Of a DNA stretch of 64,000 nucleotides, positions 9,795 through 19,656 are shown in pieces. Under the pieces are notes generated by a model that ran no database searches, had not been told where the DNA came from, and saw only the letters and a list, made by a program, of their open reading frames with translations. A program made the translations under genes and the position numbers. Numbering within the stretch: the first letter of the stretch is position 1; each line of letters begins with the position of its first letter. Location of the stretch: IMG/VR virus record IMGVR_UViG_2851870198_000001, positions 1 through 64,000 of that record; one strand, given 5' to 3'. This stretch comes from a virus. Lineage: Duplodnaviria; Caudoviricetes.

Positions 9795-12700
9795 AGGCAC
9801 CTCCCAGTCGGATCCGGCGCAGCTCGAACATGGCGTCGCCCAGGGCCTGGCTGGGCGACATCGGTGCGCTCGTCATGGTCAGGTTCAGGTCGCCGCCGAC
9901 CAGGGCGCCGGCGGCCCGCCCGACGGCGGTGCGGGGCGTGGTCGCAGCGCGGGCGTTCGATGTGGAGCGGGCGAGGTTCACGGCGCCGTTGGCGAAGGCC
10001 TGCACGCCCTGGCCGGGGTAGACGACCATGCCGCCGAAGATGCGGGCGACCTCGTCCAGGATCGCCTTGGACCGCTTCCGCTTGGCTTTGGCCAAAGGCA
10101 GGTAAGCCTCGCCCTGAGTCTCCGGCTCATTCCATATGCGTATTTCGCCCGGTTTGCCGATTTGGGCGATGTGCCGCTCGGCGCCCGCGGCGAACGCCCG
10201 GATGCGGCTGGCGGCCGCGCGGATCCCGCCCTCGGCGTAGTGGACGATCCCGCCGTCGGCGTGCGTACGGACCACCGACGGCTTGCCCGACTCGTTGTAC
10301 TGCACGGTGACGTGGATGGTCTTGCCGGTCAGGCCGTTGATAGCCCGCTGGATGGTCTGCACGTTGCCGAGCGGCGTCTCGGTCGGCGCGGTGATCCGCA
10401 CCTTCTTGCCGTCCGTGCCGTCCACGGTCTTGATCTTGTAGCCGAGGTCTTCCAGCGCCTTCTGCGCCACCGCGGTAGGCGCCGTGACCGTGATCGACTT
10501 CTTGTCCTTCATCCCGGCGACCTGCTGCTGGATGCCCTTGAGCTCGCCGGTCGCCTTCTGGATGATCGCCTGGACCGTGACGTTCTTCTTGTCCGGCGTG
10601 TTGGCGATGTCCGTCATCAGCGCTTGCAGGTTCGCGCGGGGCCCCGACGTCGGCGCGGTCACGAACACGTTCTTGCTGTTCGGGATGCGCTGGACGCTAT
10701 ACCCGAGCGCCTGCAACTCGGTGATGGCGCCGCGGGTGGGCGCCTTCACCAGGACACTCACCCCCGGCGCCAACTCGTTCAGCTTCGTCCGCATCTCCAC
10801 CACAGCCGCAGTGCCCTCCCGCAGCCCGTCCGTGGTGACCACCATGGCGAGCTCATCGGGAACCAGACCCATCTGGTTCGCCAGTGCCTCCGCCTGGTCC
10901 TTCGGAATGTTCAGGGCCTCAGCCAACGCGATGGCCTTCTCACGTGCGTCCGAGGCAGCGTCACGGCTGACGTTCATCGCCTCAGTCATGGACATCAGGT
11001 CGTTGTCCGCGGCCTCACGCGCGCTCGTGGACACCTGCAGCATGCCGTCCCGCAGCTCCTGCAGTTGCTGGTTGAGCATCTGGCCGTTCTTCGTGGACGT
11101 GTCGACAAGCTTGTCCGCACCGACGAGGGACTTGCCCCAGCCCTCGGTCTTGTCGATGTTCCCGCCCATGGTGTCGTCGATCGTGAGCATCGTCTGGTTG
11201 AGGCGGGCGGTCGCCTCGTGAACCGACATCGTGTTGCCCTTGAGGGCATCCAGCGCCGTACGGAGCGCCTGCACTCGCTCGTCGGACGTCTTCGCCTTGT
11301 CGTTGAAGGCCTGCACGGCGCCCTGGAGCTGCCGGTACGAACCCGAACCGGTGTCGCCGGTCTCCTTGATCGCTTCGGCCAGCTCCTTGTGCCGCTTCTG
11401 CCCCTCCTCCAGCTCACCCGAAACGGTCCCCAGAGCGTCCTTGGCACGCATCGCTGCCATGCCCTGATCGGTCATCGTCTGCACGAGCTGCCCACCGATA
11501 ATGGCCGTGCCGCGGCCGGCGTCGGCCGTCGCCTGCAGCTGCTGCTCCAAATCCTTGAGGCTGGTGCCCTGACCGAGGTAGGCGTCGGTGAGCTTGCCGA
11601 GCTTGATCCCGGCGTCCGCCATGACGTCGACCAGCATTCCCTTGCCGTCGGCGAGCTCGGTGTCCTGCAGCAGCATCGCGGCCTGCGCGCGCACGTTGGC
11701 GTCGATGACGCCGTTGGAGTCGGCCAGGGCGTCCGCGAGGGACTTCACCCGGTCCTTGTGCGCTTGCGCGGCGCGCGCGGCCTTCTCCTGGCTGCTGGCG
11801 AGCAGACCGAGCCCGATCGTCACACCGGTGATCGCCAGACCGAGCGGCCCGCCAAGGGCAGCGGTCATACCGCCGAGGACGCGCACCGCGGCGCCGTTCG
11901 CCGCCGTCAGGCCTCGCAGCGTGCCCCGCAGCCGGCCGCCCTGCGCGGCGGCGCCGGAGTAGGCCGCGCCGATCCGCTGCCAGCCGGTGGCCTGTGGGCC
12001 CAGCACGCCCGGGCCGAGCTGCCCGCGGAGCTGGGCGCCCATGCCGAGCATGTGGCCCCCGGCCGCGCCGATCGCGACGCCGAAGCGCTGCACGATACTC
12101 GTGATGCCGCTGATCACCTTGAGTGCGAGCAGCGTGCCCAGAAGCGTCGCCAGGACCGTGTTGACGAACGGAACCTTGTCCGTGAGCCAGTTGAAGGCGT
12201 TCAGCAGTCCAGAGAAGGCGACCAGCAGGACACCGAGCCCGCTGCCCGCGGCCGCCAGGTTCCCAATCGCGGTCGCCAGATTGGATATGAGGCTGATCAG
12301 CGCTGGGCCGATGTTGTGGCCGATGCCGTCGAAGAATGCGCCGAGCGCGGGCATCAACTCGGTGCGTATCTGCCGGATCAGGTCACGGATTCCGGAGTCG
12401 GTCGAGGCCCGGCCCAGGCCGCGCACGAAATCACCGACGAGCCGGTTCAGCTCGTGGAACGTGGGCGCAGCGTCGTTGAACCAGTCCTCCATGACCTTCC
12501 GGCCCGGCTTGGAGTTGGCCCACCGGTTGAACCGGATCATCGTGCCCTCGAAGCCGTCCAGGAGGTGGTTCCCGACGTCCATGCCAGCCTTGCCGACACC
12601 GCCGAAGCCCTTGAACATGCTGCGCATGGAGCGGCCCAACTGGGCGGCTTTGTCCCCGGCGTGGTCGAGGAACCGGGCGAGCGATCCCGTCTCCCGGCCG

Positions 12701-14943
12701 GCCTGCGCCGAGGCCCGCATCCACTGCGTCATCCGCTCGGTGCCCGCACCGACTCGTTCCACGAACGGCCCGGACGCCACCAGGAAGTCGAGGCTGGCCC
12801 GGCCCAGGTTGGCGAGTGAGTCGGTCAGGTGGCCCACGACGACACGGTTGGTGCCCGCGATCGTGGAGAAGTCACGGCGGAAGATGCCGCTGCGCATGAA
12901 CTCGGCGCCGCGGTGGGCGAGGTCGCCCATCTGCGCAGCCGAGTCGCCGAGCGCGCTCTTCAACATCGGCAGGACGGTGTTGGCGAGCGGCTTGATGTCG
13001 GCCGTGACCTTGCTGAAGAACCGCTCACTGACGGAGGCCTTCACCTCGTCCCAGGCGCTGGAGAGAGAGCCCACCGCGGCGACGGCCTTCTTCGCCGACG
13101 GGGCCAATGCCTCCATCGCCTGCGCCGTCTTCTTCTGCTGCTCCTCGGTGACCTTGCCGTCCGTCGCGAGCATCTGCTGCGACTTGAGGGTCTCCTTGAG
13201 CGCCTGCCCGAACCCGCTGAACGCGAGCTTCGTGCCCAGCGCGGCGCTGCCCGCCGCGACGATCAGACCGGGGATCGCGCCGAGGACACCCACCGCGGGG
13301 GCGGCCGCAGACACGAGAGCGGTCAGCCCGGCGCCGTACTGCACCAGCGCCGCCACGGCGGGCTGCACCACAGACAGGAGCGCACCGAACAGGACCATGC
13401 GGAAGCGACGGCGCCCGCCGCGGCCGCCGAGGGACGGCATCACCGGCACGTTGATCGGCATGGCGTCGGCCACGGCCTGGCCGGCGGCGAGCACGCGGCG
13501 GATCCCGCGGGAGAGGAAGTTGCCGTTGTCGTCGTCCGTGCGCATGCGGGCGCGGATGACGGTGGTGGCGGCGCGGGAGGCCCGGCCGACGACCGTCGCC
13601 ACGCCGCGCGTCAGGTCCGCCACCGCGCGGGCGGCGGGCTGCACGGCGACGCGGACCGCGGTGCGGGTGTCCCGGGCCGCGGTCGCGGTGACCCGGCGCA
13701 GGTCCCGCACCAGGCCGACGGCCGCCGTACGGGCCGGTTCGGTCGCCACCCGTACGCGCGCCATGAGGTCGCGGGCGTGCGGGGAGATCGTGTTGCGGAT
13801 GCTGCGGCCGAAGGAGGTGATGGCGTTGCGCGAGGAGTCGGCGGCCAGGCGCACACCGACGGTGAACTGGTCGCGGTAGCGGACGGCCATGTCACGGACG
13901 GACCGGGCGAACGCCACGGCGGACCGGCGGGACATGTCCGTGCCGACCCGCACGCGCACGGCGAGGTCCCGCATCGGGCCGAGGATCAGGCTCTCGATCC
14001 AGCCGGGCCCGCCGAGACGACCACCGAACGCCATGCGCAGCGCGTCCGCGGCCTCCTCGCCGAGCCGGCGCATCTCCCGGCCTATGGCCCGGAAGTCCGT
14101 GGACGCCAGGCGCAGCCCGCCGATACGGACGCGGGCGACCAGGTCCCGGCTGTACGTGGCGAGGAAGTGCCGGGCCTCGCTGGCGAAGCTGCGGACCGCG
14201 TCGCTGGTCTTGGCGACGCCGAGCCGGACCCGGGCGACCAGCGCACGCGTGGGCGCGGCCTTACCACCGAGCATCGTCCAGAACGCGCGGGAGAACGCCC
14301 GCCCAGTGTCCCGGCCGGCGGTGACCGCGATGCGGCCCATCTCCCGAACGAACGTGGTCAGCCCGCCCCGGGTCGGCGCGAGCGCATCGCGGGTGACCAC
14401 GCGGAGCTGCCGCATCGCCACCCGGATCACGGACGTCAGGGAGCGGCCGAACCGGCGCTCCGAATCCCGGGACGGGGCGACGTTCACCCGGGCCGTGGAC
14501 GCCTCGGGGTCACGCGCCACTCGGGAGAGCAGGCCCCGCAGCGAACCGCGGAGCCTGCCGACCAGCCGGCCCAGACCGCCGCCACCGCTGCCGCTGCTGC
14601 GGGTGCGGCCGTTGCCGTCGTCGTCACCCAGGCGCACGGGCAGGTTCACCGCGGCGCCCTGGGCGACCTCGTCCGTCACCGTGGACACGTCACGCCGAAG
14701 CTGCCGCGTGTCCTCGTCCACCTTGACGCGGACCTTCGCGGTGACGCCCTTGGACGCCTTCTCGGCCGCCTTCTTGACCTGCGACCGCAGCTTCTTGACG
14801 CTCTTGTCGTCAATCTTGACGGCGATCTTCGCGGCCACGCCCTCGGCAGCCGCCTCCACCTTGGTGCGGAGCTCCCGGGCGAAGCCCTCAAGGGAGGCGA
14901 CGACGGTGACCTCAAGCCGTCCGGCCTGCATCCCCTCAGCCAC
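9781..14943 (-). CDS. Tape measure protein (1720 aa)
   Basis: AGRLEVTVVA N-terminus; Ala/Gly-rich helical and hydrophobic stretches; C-terminal HADGG...EPETQGEAYLPL; follows the chaperones. Confidence 0.9.
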   Translation of the reverse strand: MAEGMQAGRLEVTVVASLEGFARELRTKVEAAAEGVAAKIAVKIDDKSVKKLRSQVKKAAEKASKGVTAKVRVKVDEDTRQLRRDVSTVTDEVAQGAAVNLPVRLGDDDGNGRTRSSGSGGGGLGRLVGRLRGSLRGLLSRVARDPEASTARVNVAPSRDSERRFGRSLTSVIRVAMRQLRVVTRDALAPTRGGLTTFVREMGRIAVTAGRDTGRAFSRAFWTMLGGKAAPTRALVARVRLGVAKTSDAVRSFASEARHFLATYSRDLVARVRIGGLRLASTDFRAIGREMRRLGEEAADALRMAFGGRLGGPGWIESLILGPMRDLAVRVRVGTDMSRRSAVAFARSVRDMAVRYRDQFTVGVRLAADSSRNAITSFGRSIRNTISPHARDLMARVRVATEPARTAAVGLVRDLRRVTATAARDTRTAVRVAVQPAARAVADLTRGVATVVGRASRAATTVIRARMRTDDDNGNFLSRGIRRVLAAGQAVADAMPINVPVMPSLGGRGGRRRFRMVLFGALLSVVQPAVAALVQYGAGLTALVSAAAPAVGVLGAIPGLIVAAGSAALGTKLAFSGFGQALKETLKSQQMLATDGKVTEEQQKKTAQAMEALAPSAKKAVAAVGSLSSAWDEVKASVSERFFSKVTADIKPLANTVLPMLKSALGDSAAQMGDLAHRGAEFMRSGIFRRDFSTIAGTNRVVVGHLTDSLANLGRASLDFLVASGPFVERVGAGTERMTQWMRASAQAGRETGSLARFLDHAGDKAAQLGRSMRSMFKGFGGVGKAGMDVGNHLLDGFEGTMIRFNRWANSKPGRKVMEDWFNDAAPTFHELNRLVGDFVRGLGRASTDSGIRDLIRQIRTELMPALGAFFDGIGHNIGPALISLISNLATAIGNLAAAGSGLGVLLVAFSGLLNAFNWLTDKVPFVNTVLATLLGTLLALKVISGITSIVQRFGVAIGAAGGHMLGMGAQLRGQLGPGVLGPQATGWQRIGAAYSGAAAQGGRLRGTLRGLTAANGAAVRVLGGMTAALGGPLGLAITGVTIGLGLLASSQEKAARAAQAHKDRVKSLADALADSNGVIDANVRAQAAMLLQDTELADGKGMLVDVMADAGIKLGKLTDAYLGQGTSLKDLEQQLQATADAGRGTAIIGGQLVQTMTDQGMAAMRAKDALGTVSGELEEGQKRHKELAEAIKETGDTGSGSYRQLQGAVQAFNDKAKTSDERVQALRTALDALKGNTMSVHEATARLNQTMLTIDDTMGGNIDKTEGWGKSLVGADKLVDTSTKNGQMLNQQLQELRDGMLQVSTSAREAADNDLMSMTEAMNVSRDAASDAREKAIALAEALNIPKDQAEALANQMGLVPDELAMVVTTDGLREGTAAVVEMRTKLNELAPGVSVLVKAPTRGAITELQALGYSVQRIPNSKNVFVTAPTSGPRANLQALMTDIANTPDKKNVTVQAIIQKATGELKGIQQQVAGMKDKKSITVTAPTAVAQKALEDLGYKIKTVDGTDGKKVRITAPTETPLGNVQTIQRAINGLTGKTIHVTVQYNESGKPSVVRTHADGGIVHYAEGGIRAAASRIRAFAAGAERHIAQIGKPGEIRIWNEPETQGEAYLPLAKAKRKRSKAILDEVARIFGGMVVYPGQGVQAFANGAVNLARSTSNARAATTPRTAVGRAAGALVGGDLNLTMTSAPMSPSQALGDAMFELRRIRLGGAYASE

Positions 14944-15361
14944 TGACGTGCACCATTCCTCTCCGGGCTGCGGCCGCCAGCATCTTGCGGTGACCTGACA
15001 TGGGCGGCTGCGCGCGCGGGCTGTTCCCCTGGGGAACAGGTGCGGCGTCGGTGACGGCGTCCGGCCTGGGCACGGTCAGCGGTTCACGGCGACGCCGGTC
15101 CGCGGCGAGGATCGACACCTCTTCGATGAGCTGCGCCAGAAGCTCATTGGTCACGGTCCAGCCGCCGGCGGGGGCGGAGGTGACGCGAGAGCCTTCGGGC
15201 AGCCGGTCGATGAGGGCGATCAGCCGGCGGAGTCCGATGAATCCGGGCTCTCCTGGTCGGCGCCAGACGCCTCGGGCGTCGAGCTGGTGGTATCGGGAGA
15301 GGTCGGACTCGACGTCTCCGAATCGCTCCCGGAGGAGACGCCCAGCCCGAAGAGCTTTCCC
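14936..15361 (-). CDS. Tail assembly chaperone gpT-like extension, reached by -1 frameshift
   Basis: The -1 frame from the slippery site is open into ORF 14936..15154: GKALRAGRLLRERFGDVESDLSRYHQLDARGVW...LIALIDRLPEGSR...WTVTNELLAQ. Confidence 0.8.
   Translation of the reverse strand, partial: GKALRAGRLLRERFGDVESDLSRYHQLDARGVWRRPGEPGFIGLRRLIALIDRLPEGSRVTSAPAGGWTVTNELLAQLIEEVSILAADRRRREPLTVPRPDAVTDAAPVPQGNSPRAQPPMSGHRKMLAAAARRGMVHVSG
15021..15039. promoter_or_regulatory. parS-like palindrome CTGTTCCCC-T-GGGGAACAG inside the chaperone CDS
   Basis: Read directly; encodes PVPQGN on the minus strand. Confidence 0.65.
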
Positions 15362-15774
15362 AGGTCGACCCCGTACACGGCGACGAGCGCCTTCGTCAGG
15401 CGTACGTACTCGCCGATGGACGGCCGGTGCGCCTTGAAGTCCTCGAACTCGTCCTCGCCGAGGAGCTCGCGGTAGATGTCCTTCACCGCAGCGATGAACT
15501 TCCGCGGCAGGCTCGCGTGCCGGAACAGAAGGTCGATGACCTCGCTGGTGCCCACCTCGCCGGAGGAGTTGACGACCTCGCCGAGCAGGCCCATCAGGTC
15601 GAGCTCGTCAGACAGCAGCGGATCGAGTGCGTCCGCCGGGATCTCCGCCGGGAAGAGCAGGGACCAGTCCTTGCGCATCTTCACGGCGATGCCGTGGGGG
15701 AACTGGACCTCGCGCCGCTCGGCGGAGATGTCGATGGCGTAAGTCGGGTCGGCCTTGGTGGTCTTGGCGGTCAT
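15220..15774 (-). CDS. Tail assembly chaperone gpG-like (184 aa)
   Basis: Between tail tube and tape measure genes; contains G-GGA-AAG followed by a Ser-rich tail. Confidence 0.8.
   Translation of the reverse strand: MTAKTTKADPTYAIDISAERREVQFPHGIAVKMRKDWSLLFPAEIPADALDPLLSDELDLMGLLGEVVNSSGEVGTSEVIDLLFRHASLPRKFIAAVKDIYRELLGEDEFEDFKAHRPSIGEYVRLTKALVAVYGVDLGKLFGLGVSSGSDSETSSPTSPDTTSSTPEASGADQESPDSSDSAG
15355..15361 (-). other. -1 programmed ribosomal frameshift heptamer GGGAAAG
   Basis: Same heptamer as the lambda G/GT slippery site, in the correct phase (ctG GGA AAG). Confidence 0.85.
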
Positions 15775-15829
15775 GGGTCGGGTCCTCCCGGTGGGTGTCG
15801 AAGCACGCGGAAGGTAGGAAGGCCCGACG

Positions 15830-15845
15830 GCTTACGTCTCGGCCT
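15830..15845 (-). promoter_or_regulatory. Late-promoter element upstream of the chaperone-tape measure operon
   Basis: AGGCCGAGACGTAAGC, 13-nt spacer, then -10 TACCTT. Confidence 0.6.
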
Positions 15846-15856
15846 GGCAGCGCGGG

Positions 15857-15966
15857 TGTTCCACCAGGGAACAGTGACGCGCGGCCGTCACGACTTGGCG
15901 GGTGTTCCCCCGGGGAACAGCGGGCGCGGGCGGTCCGCGAGTCGGCGTGGTGTTCCCCCGGGGAAC
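15857..15966. promoter_or_regulatory. Three parS-like palindromes upstream of parB (15857-15873 degenerate, 15903-15919, 15951-15966)
   Basis: TGTTCCCC-C-GGGGAAC(A), spaced 46-48 bp apart. Confidence 0.7.
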
Positions 15967-16065
15967 GGCTCGTCCGGGTGGACTTCGGTATGTGCCAGCA
16001 GACCCCCCAGGGCTGGCCGCTAGCCTCTATCCCGTCTGTATCTCGAACCGATCGGAAGGACACCT

Positions 16066-17478
16066 GTGGCTGGACAATTGAAGCGGGCCAAGAGGAAGCC
16101 CGGGGCCCCGGCTTCCCCGGCGCCTCAGCAGCCGGACGCCGGGCCCAAGTTCTTCGAGCTCGGCAGCGAGGCCGACGGCGACGCCCTCAAGCTCAAGACG
16201 TCGGACATCTCGGCGAACCCGTTCAACGACCGCGACCTGGGCGACGTGTCCGACCTCGCCAGCAGCATCGAAATGGATGGCCTGCTGCAGGACATCGTCG
16301 TAATGCACACCTCCGTCTTCGCCGAGCACTACCCGGACGCCGCCAGCGGCATCACGACCAAGTACGTGATCGCCTTCGGTGAGCGCCGGTGGCGTGCACA
16401 CCAGCACATCGGCAAGGAAGAGATCTCCGCGGTCCTCCGCAACGACGTCGCGCCGAAGATCCGCCGCGTGCTGTTCGTGGAGAACTTCCACCGCAAGCAG
16501 CTCAGCCCGATCGAGGAGGCCCGCCGCTTCCAGGCCCTGCATGAGGACGGGATGAGCTACCGCCAGATCGCGGAGGAGCTCAGCCTCGGCGGCCCCAACC
16601 ACGTCTCCCGCCGCCTGGAGCTGCTCCGACTGCCGACCGCGCTGCAGAACATCGTCGGCACCGAGGACGGGCCCGGCGTCACCCTGGCCCGGAGCATCCT
16701 CGCCCAGCTCGCCGAGCCCGATGAGCAGATCCGCGCGTGGGAGCTCATCCGCGACGAGAACCTGACCCTCGGGCAGGCCGTCGACCGCATCCGCAACGCC
16801 GACGCTGTTCCCCCGGGGAACACCCCGGCCGAGGAGACTGGCCCGGCGCCTGTTCCCCAGGGGAACACCTCCGGCGACAGCGAGGACACCGCACCTGTTC
16901 CCCAGGGGAACACCGACGTGCCCGCTCCGCGCACCACGGGCGACGCCCCCAAGCCCGCGGCCGCGAAGCCGAAGACACCCGCCGGCGCGCAGACCCTCGC
17001 CGCCGACCGGGACACCGCCGAACGCAACAACGCCTCCGCCGACCGCGACCAGGCGTGCCGTCAGCTCATCACCAACGGCAGCAAACTCACCCCCGACCAG
17101 CACGCCGCGCTGATGGGCCGCACGCTCCTCGCACCCATGCAGCAGGGCCCGGCCCGCACGCGCGCGCACCGCTGGCTGCGGGACGCCGGAGTCGCCGTGT
17201 TCAACATCAGCGACACCGACTCGTACTTCGAGGCCGTCCTGTCCTCCGGCCAGACCGAGCTCGTCAACCGCGTCGCCGTCGCTACCGCCGTCGCCGCCGG
17301 AGAAGTCCGCGCCCGGGACGGCCGCCGGCAGTGGGACAAGAGCGACGCCGAGCACGTACGGCTGCTCATCGAAACCACCGGCTACGTGCCCGAAACCGCG
17401 TGGGAACGGGCGCAGCTCGACAAGTACGGCGTCCCGCTTCCCGAGGCCGGCGAACCCGACCCCGAGCCCATCCACTGA
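16066..17478 (+). CDS. parB: ParB/RepB/Spo0J family partition protein
   Basis: ANPFNDR, LASSIEMDGLLQDI, CTP-binding box GERRWRA, ENFHRKQLSPIEEA, HTH SYRQIAEELS...VSRRLELLRLP. Confidence 0.9.
   Translation: MAGQLKRAKRKPGAPASPAPQQPDAGPKFFELGSEADGDALKLKTSDISANPFNDRDLGDVSDLASSIEMDGLLQDIVVMHTSVFAEHYPDAASGITTKYVIAFGERRWRAHQHIGKEEISAVLRNDVAPKIRRVLFVENFHRKQLSPIEEARRFQALHEDGMSYRQIAEELSLGGPNHVSRRLELLRLPTALQNIVGTEDGPGVTLARSILAQLAEPDEQIRAWELIRDENLTLGQAVDRIRNADAVPPGNTPAEETGPAPVPQGNTSGDSEDTAPVPQGNTDVPAPRTTGDAPKPAAAKPKTPAGAQTLAADRDTAERNNASADRDQACRQLITNGSKLTPDQHAALMGRTLLAPMQQGPARTRAHRWLRDAGVAVFNISDTDSYFEAVLSSGQTELVNRVAVATAVAAGEVRARDGRRQWDKSDAEHVRLLIETTGYVPETAWERAQLDKYGVPLPEAGEPDPEPIH
16806..16912. repeat. 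Three parS-like palindromes inside parB at exact 45-bp spacing (16806, 16851, 16896)
   Basis: TGTTCCCC(C/A)GGGGAACA, encoding VPPGNT/VPQGNT in the linker. Confidence 0.85.
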
Positions 17479-17492
17479 CGGGAGAACCCCGC

Positions 17493-18416
17493 ATGTCCCT
17501 CAAGACACTGCCCCGCCGCGAACTGCGGCCCGGCGGCCGTAACTGGCCGCTACTGCTCGCCGCGTTCATCATCACCGGCGGCAGCGCGAAGACCAGCACC
17601 ATCATGATGCTCGGGACCACCCTGGCCCTGCGCGGATACAAGGTGCGGATCTTCGACTTCGACCACCAGCGCAGCGCCAGTCACATCGCCTGCGCCATGG
17701 ACGAACTCCCCGCCGGCCACGGCACCATCTGGGAGCTCATGCACGGCGCGTCCCTGGAAGAGTGCAGCGTTCCCGCCCGTTACCTCGTCGCCCCGGCTGA
17801 TCCGGAGTCCGGCGCCGAAGCGGAGTACGAGGAGATCGACAACCTGCACATCGTGCCCGGCAGCCGCGACGTGAAGAACTTCGACACCGAGTCGGCTCAG
17901 GACGGCATGATGCTCACCTGGTTCCGGGAGCTGTGCGACTCCTACGAGGGCGATGACGACGTGTGGCTGCTGGACCTGCCCGCGTCGCTGTCCAAGCTCG
18001 TGGTCTCAGCGCTCATCCCGTTCCAGGCCGAGGACGAGATCGTGCCGCCGGTCCTGGTCACCTCCAAGGAGGAGACGGACCTCAAGGCCACGTTCGAGGA
18101 ACTCGCCGAGATGAGGCGGCAGCAGAACGCTCGCTCCCGCACCCGCAAGACCGAGCCGACCATCAAGCACATCCTGATGTGCGGCACCCCCACCCCCGGC
18201 CGCCCCGACACCGAGGGCGACCTGACGGTGGAGTCCATGGAACGCACCTACGGCGAGCACTTCGACCTGCATAAGGTCCGCTGGAGCACGGTCATCCGCC
18301 AGCAGCACCGTCGCCAGGCGCCCGTACACGCCTACGGCAACAAGAACGCCGCGCCCATCGAGGACTACAACAAGATCGCCACCGCGCTCGGGTTCAACGA
18401 CCTCAACCCGGCGTAG
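17493..18416 (+). CDS. parA: ParA family ATPase with atypical Walker A (307 aa)
   Basis: ATG 17493 with GGAG RBS; motifs TGGSAKTST, KVRIFDFDHQRSAS, NLHIVPGS, WLLDLPASL, C-terminal IEDYNKIA. Confidence 0.85.
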   Translation: MSLKTLPRRELRPGGRNWPLLLAAFIITGGSAKTSTIMMLGTTLALRGYKVRIFDFDHQRSASHIACAMDELPAGHGTIWELMHGASLEECSVPARYLVAPADPESGAEAEYEEIDNLHIVPGSRDVKNFDTESAQDGMMLTWFRELCDSYEGDDDVWLLDLPASLSKLVVSALIPFQAEDEIVPPVLVTSKEETDLKATFEELAEMRRQQNARSRTRKTEPTIKHILMCGTPTPGRPDTEGDLTVESMERTYGEHFDLHKVRWSTVIRQQHRRQAPVHAYGNKNAAPIEDYNKIATALGFNDLNPA

Positions 18417-18418
18417 CC

Positions 18419-18434
18419 GTTCCCCTGGGGAACA
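18419..18434. promoter_or_regulatory. parS-like palindrome immediately after the parA stop
   Basis: GTTCCCC-T-GGGGAACA. Confidence 0.65.
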
Positions 18435-18437
18435 CCG

Positions 18438-18490
18438 AAGGCCCGTACTGATCGCGAGAGGCGACATCTCCCGCGCCCGGTACGGGCCTT
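18438..18490. terminator. Bidirectional terminator-like stem between converging parA and tail tube genes
   Basis: AAGGCCCGTAC...GTACGGGCCTT, perfect 11-bp arms. Confidence 0.6.
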
Positions 18491-18507
18491 GGCCGTGCAG
18501 CACCAGA

Positions 18508-19098
18508 TTACGGCGTCGGGGCGAAGCTCGGGTCGTCCGTCACCAGGTACCAGGCGTCGCTGTCGTCGCCGCCCTGCACCGCCAGGCGCAGCGGCAGCAC
18601 GGCCTCCTTCGCCTTGGTCAGGTCGGTCTGCACGCCCTCCATCTGCATGGCGCGCGGCACGATGTACCGGTAGTGCTTGCCGCCGTCGATCACCTCGATC
18701 ACCGCGGCGATCTCAGTGCGGCCGCCCACCCTCGGCGGCGCGAACCGGTAGTGCGTCGCACCGATCCCGCCCTCCGGGGTGATCTCGGTGATCTCGCCGC
18801 CACCGAACACCGCGCGGAAGTTCTGCGCGTTCCACTGCTGGAGGTCGACCTCGATCGTGGCCGCGTCACCGGTCTGGAACGTTCGAGACGGGTAGTCGGT
18901 CTGGGCGGACTTCACCGTCTCGAAGCTGGGCTCTTCGTTGAACTTGAGGGAGTCCTCGGTGGTCAGACCCACCGAGTACCAGCCCGCGCCCATGGCCACG
19001 GTGGCATCCGCAGGGGCGGCCGTGCCGACAGGCGCCAGCCATACGCGGGTACGGGACGGGACAACGATCTGGGTTGCGTTCGTGGTTTCGCCAGCCAT
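18508..19098 (-). CDS. Major tail (tube) protein
   Basis: Motifs VWLAPVGTAAP, GWYSVGLTTEDSL, VKSAQ, YRYIVPRA; position after the terminator gene. Confidence 0.85.
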   Translation of the reverse strand: MAGETTNATQIVVPSRTRVWLAPVGTAAPADATVAMGAGWYSVGLTTEDSLKFNEEPSFETVKSAQTDYPSRTFQTGDAATIEVDLQQWNAQNFRAVFGGGEITEITPEGGIGATHYRFAPPRVGGRTEIAAVIEVIDGGKHYRYIVPRAMQMEGVQTDLTKAKEAVLPLRLAVQGGDDSDAWYLVTDDPSFAPTP

Positions 19099-19155
19099 GG
19101 CGGTGCTCTCCTCGGGCCGGGGTCGTAGGCCGGCTCACGATGGAGAGCAGCACCC

Positions 19156-19171
19156 CTTAGCGTCCCGGGCT
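19156..19171 (-). promoter_or_regulatory. Late-promoter element upstream of the tail tube gene
   Basis: AGCCCGGGACGCTAAG, 13-nt spacer, then CATCGT. Confidence 0.6.
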
Positions 19172-19212
19172 CCGCCCTGCGGGCGGCACCTGCGGCAGCG
19201 CGCGGGTGCCGC

Positions 19213-19656
19213 TCACGAGCTCTCCTGAGCGGGGTGGATCGTGACGAGCAGCCCGAGAATCCACCGCGGCTGACCGGTGGCGAGAGGCGACTCAATGAGC
19301 ATGCCGGACGGCTTCACGTCCGAGACGACAGGCCGGCCCGGCGCCGTGGGCTGCTCGGGAAGCTCCCTCGCGGCGAGCGCGCACACCAGCAGCGCCCGCC
19401 GCAGCGCGGCCGGGCCCGGCCAGCCACTCGGATCGCCGCACAGCTCCAGCGACACATCCGGCTGGGTGAGCCACGTCAGGTCACGCAGGTCACCGCTCGG
19501 ACCAGCCGCGACCCGCAGGTGCGGCCACGGCGCCTCCACCGCCCCGGAGACGCGCCCGGGCCCACCGAGCACCTCCGCGACCTTCGGGTGCTCGGACAGC
19601 CACCGCAGCACCTCGGCGACCGGGTCGGCATCGGCAAGCGCATACGGGTCCGTCAT
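19213..19656 (-). CDS. Tail terminator / completion protein
   Basis: 147 aa directly upstream of the tail tube gene; alpha/beta pattern (APWPHLRV...QPRW). Confidence 0.65.
   Translation of the reverse strand: MTDPYALADADPVAEVLRWLSEHPKVAEVLGGPGRVSGAVEAPWPHLRVAAGPSGDLRDLTWLTQPDVSLELCGDPSGWPGPAALRRALLVCALAARELPEQPTAPGRPVVSDVKPSGMLIESPLATGQPRWILGLLVTIHPAQESS

Noticed and set aside
15857-16912. GTGTTCCCC...GGGGAACAC repeats at ~45-48-bp spacing as a mini CRISPR array (they resemble the start of type I-E repeats)
   Set aside because: Units are only 15-17-bp palindromes with a 1-nt centre, are scattered over 26 kb including inside CDSs, and there are no cas genes. A ParB-binding site fits better.
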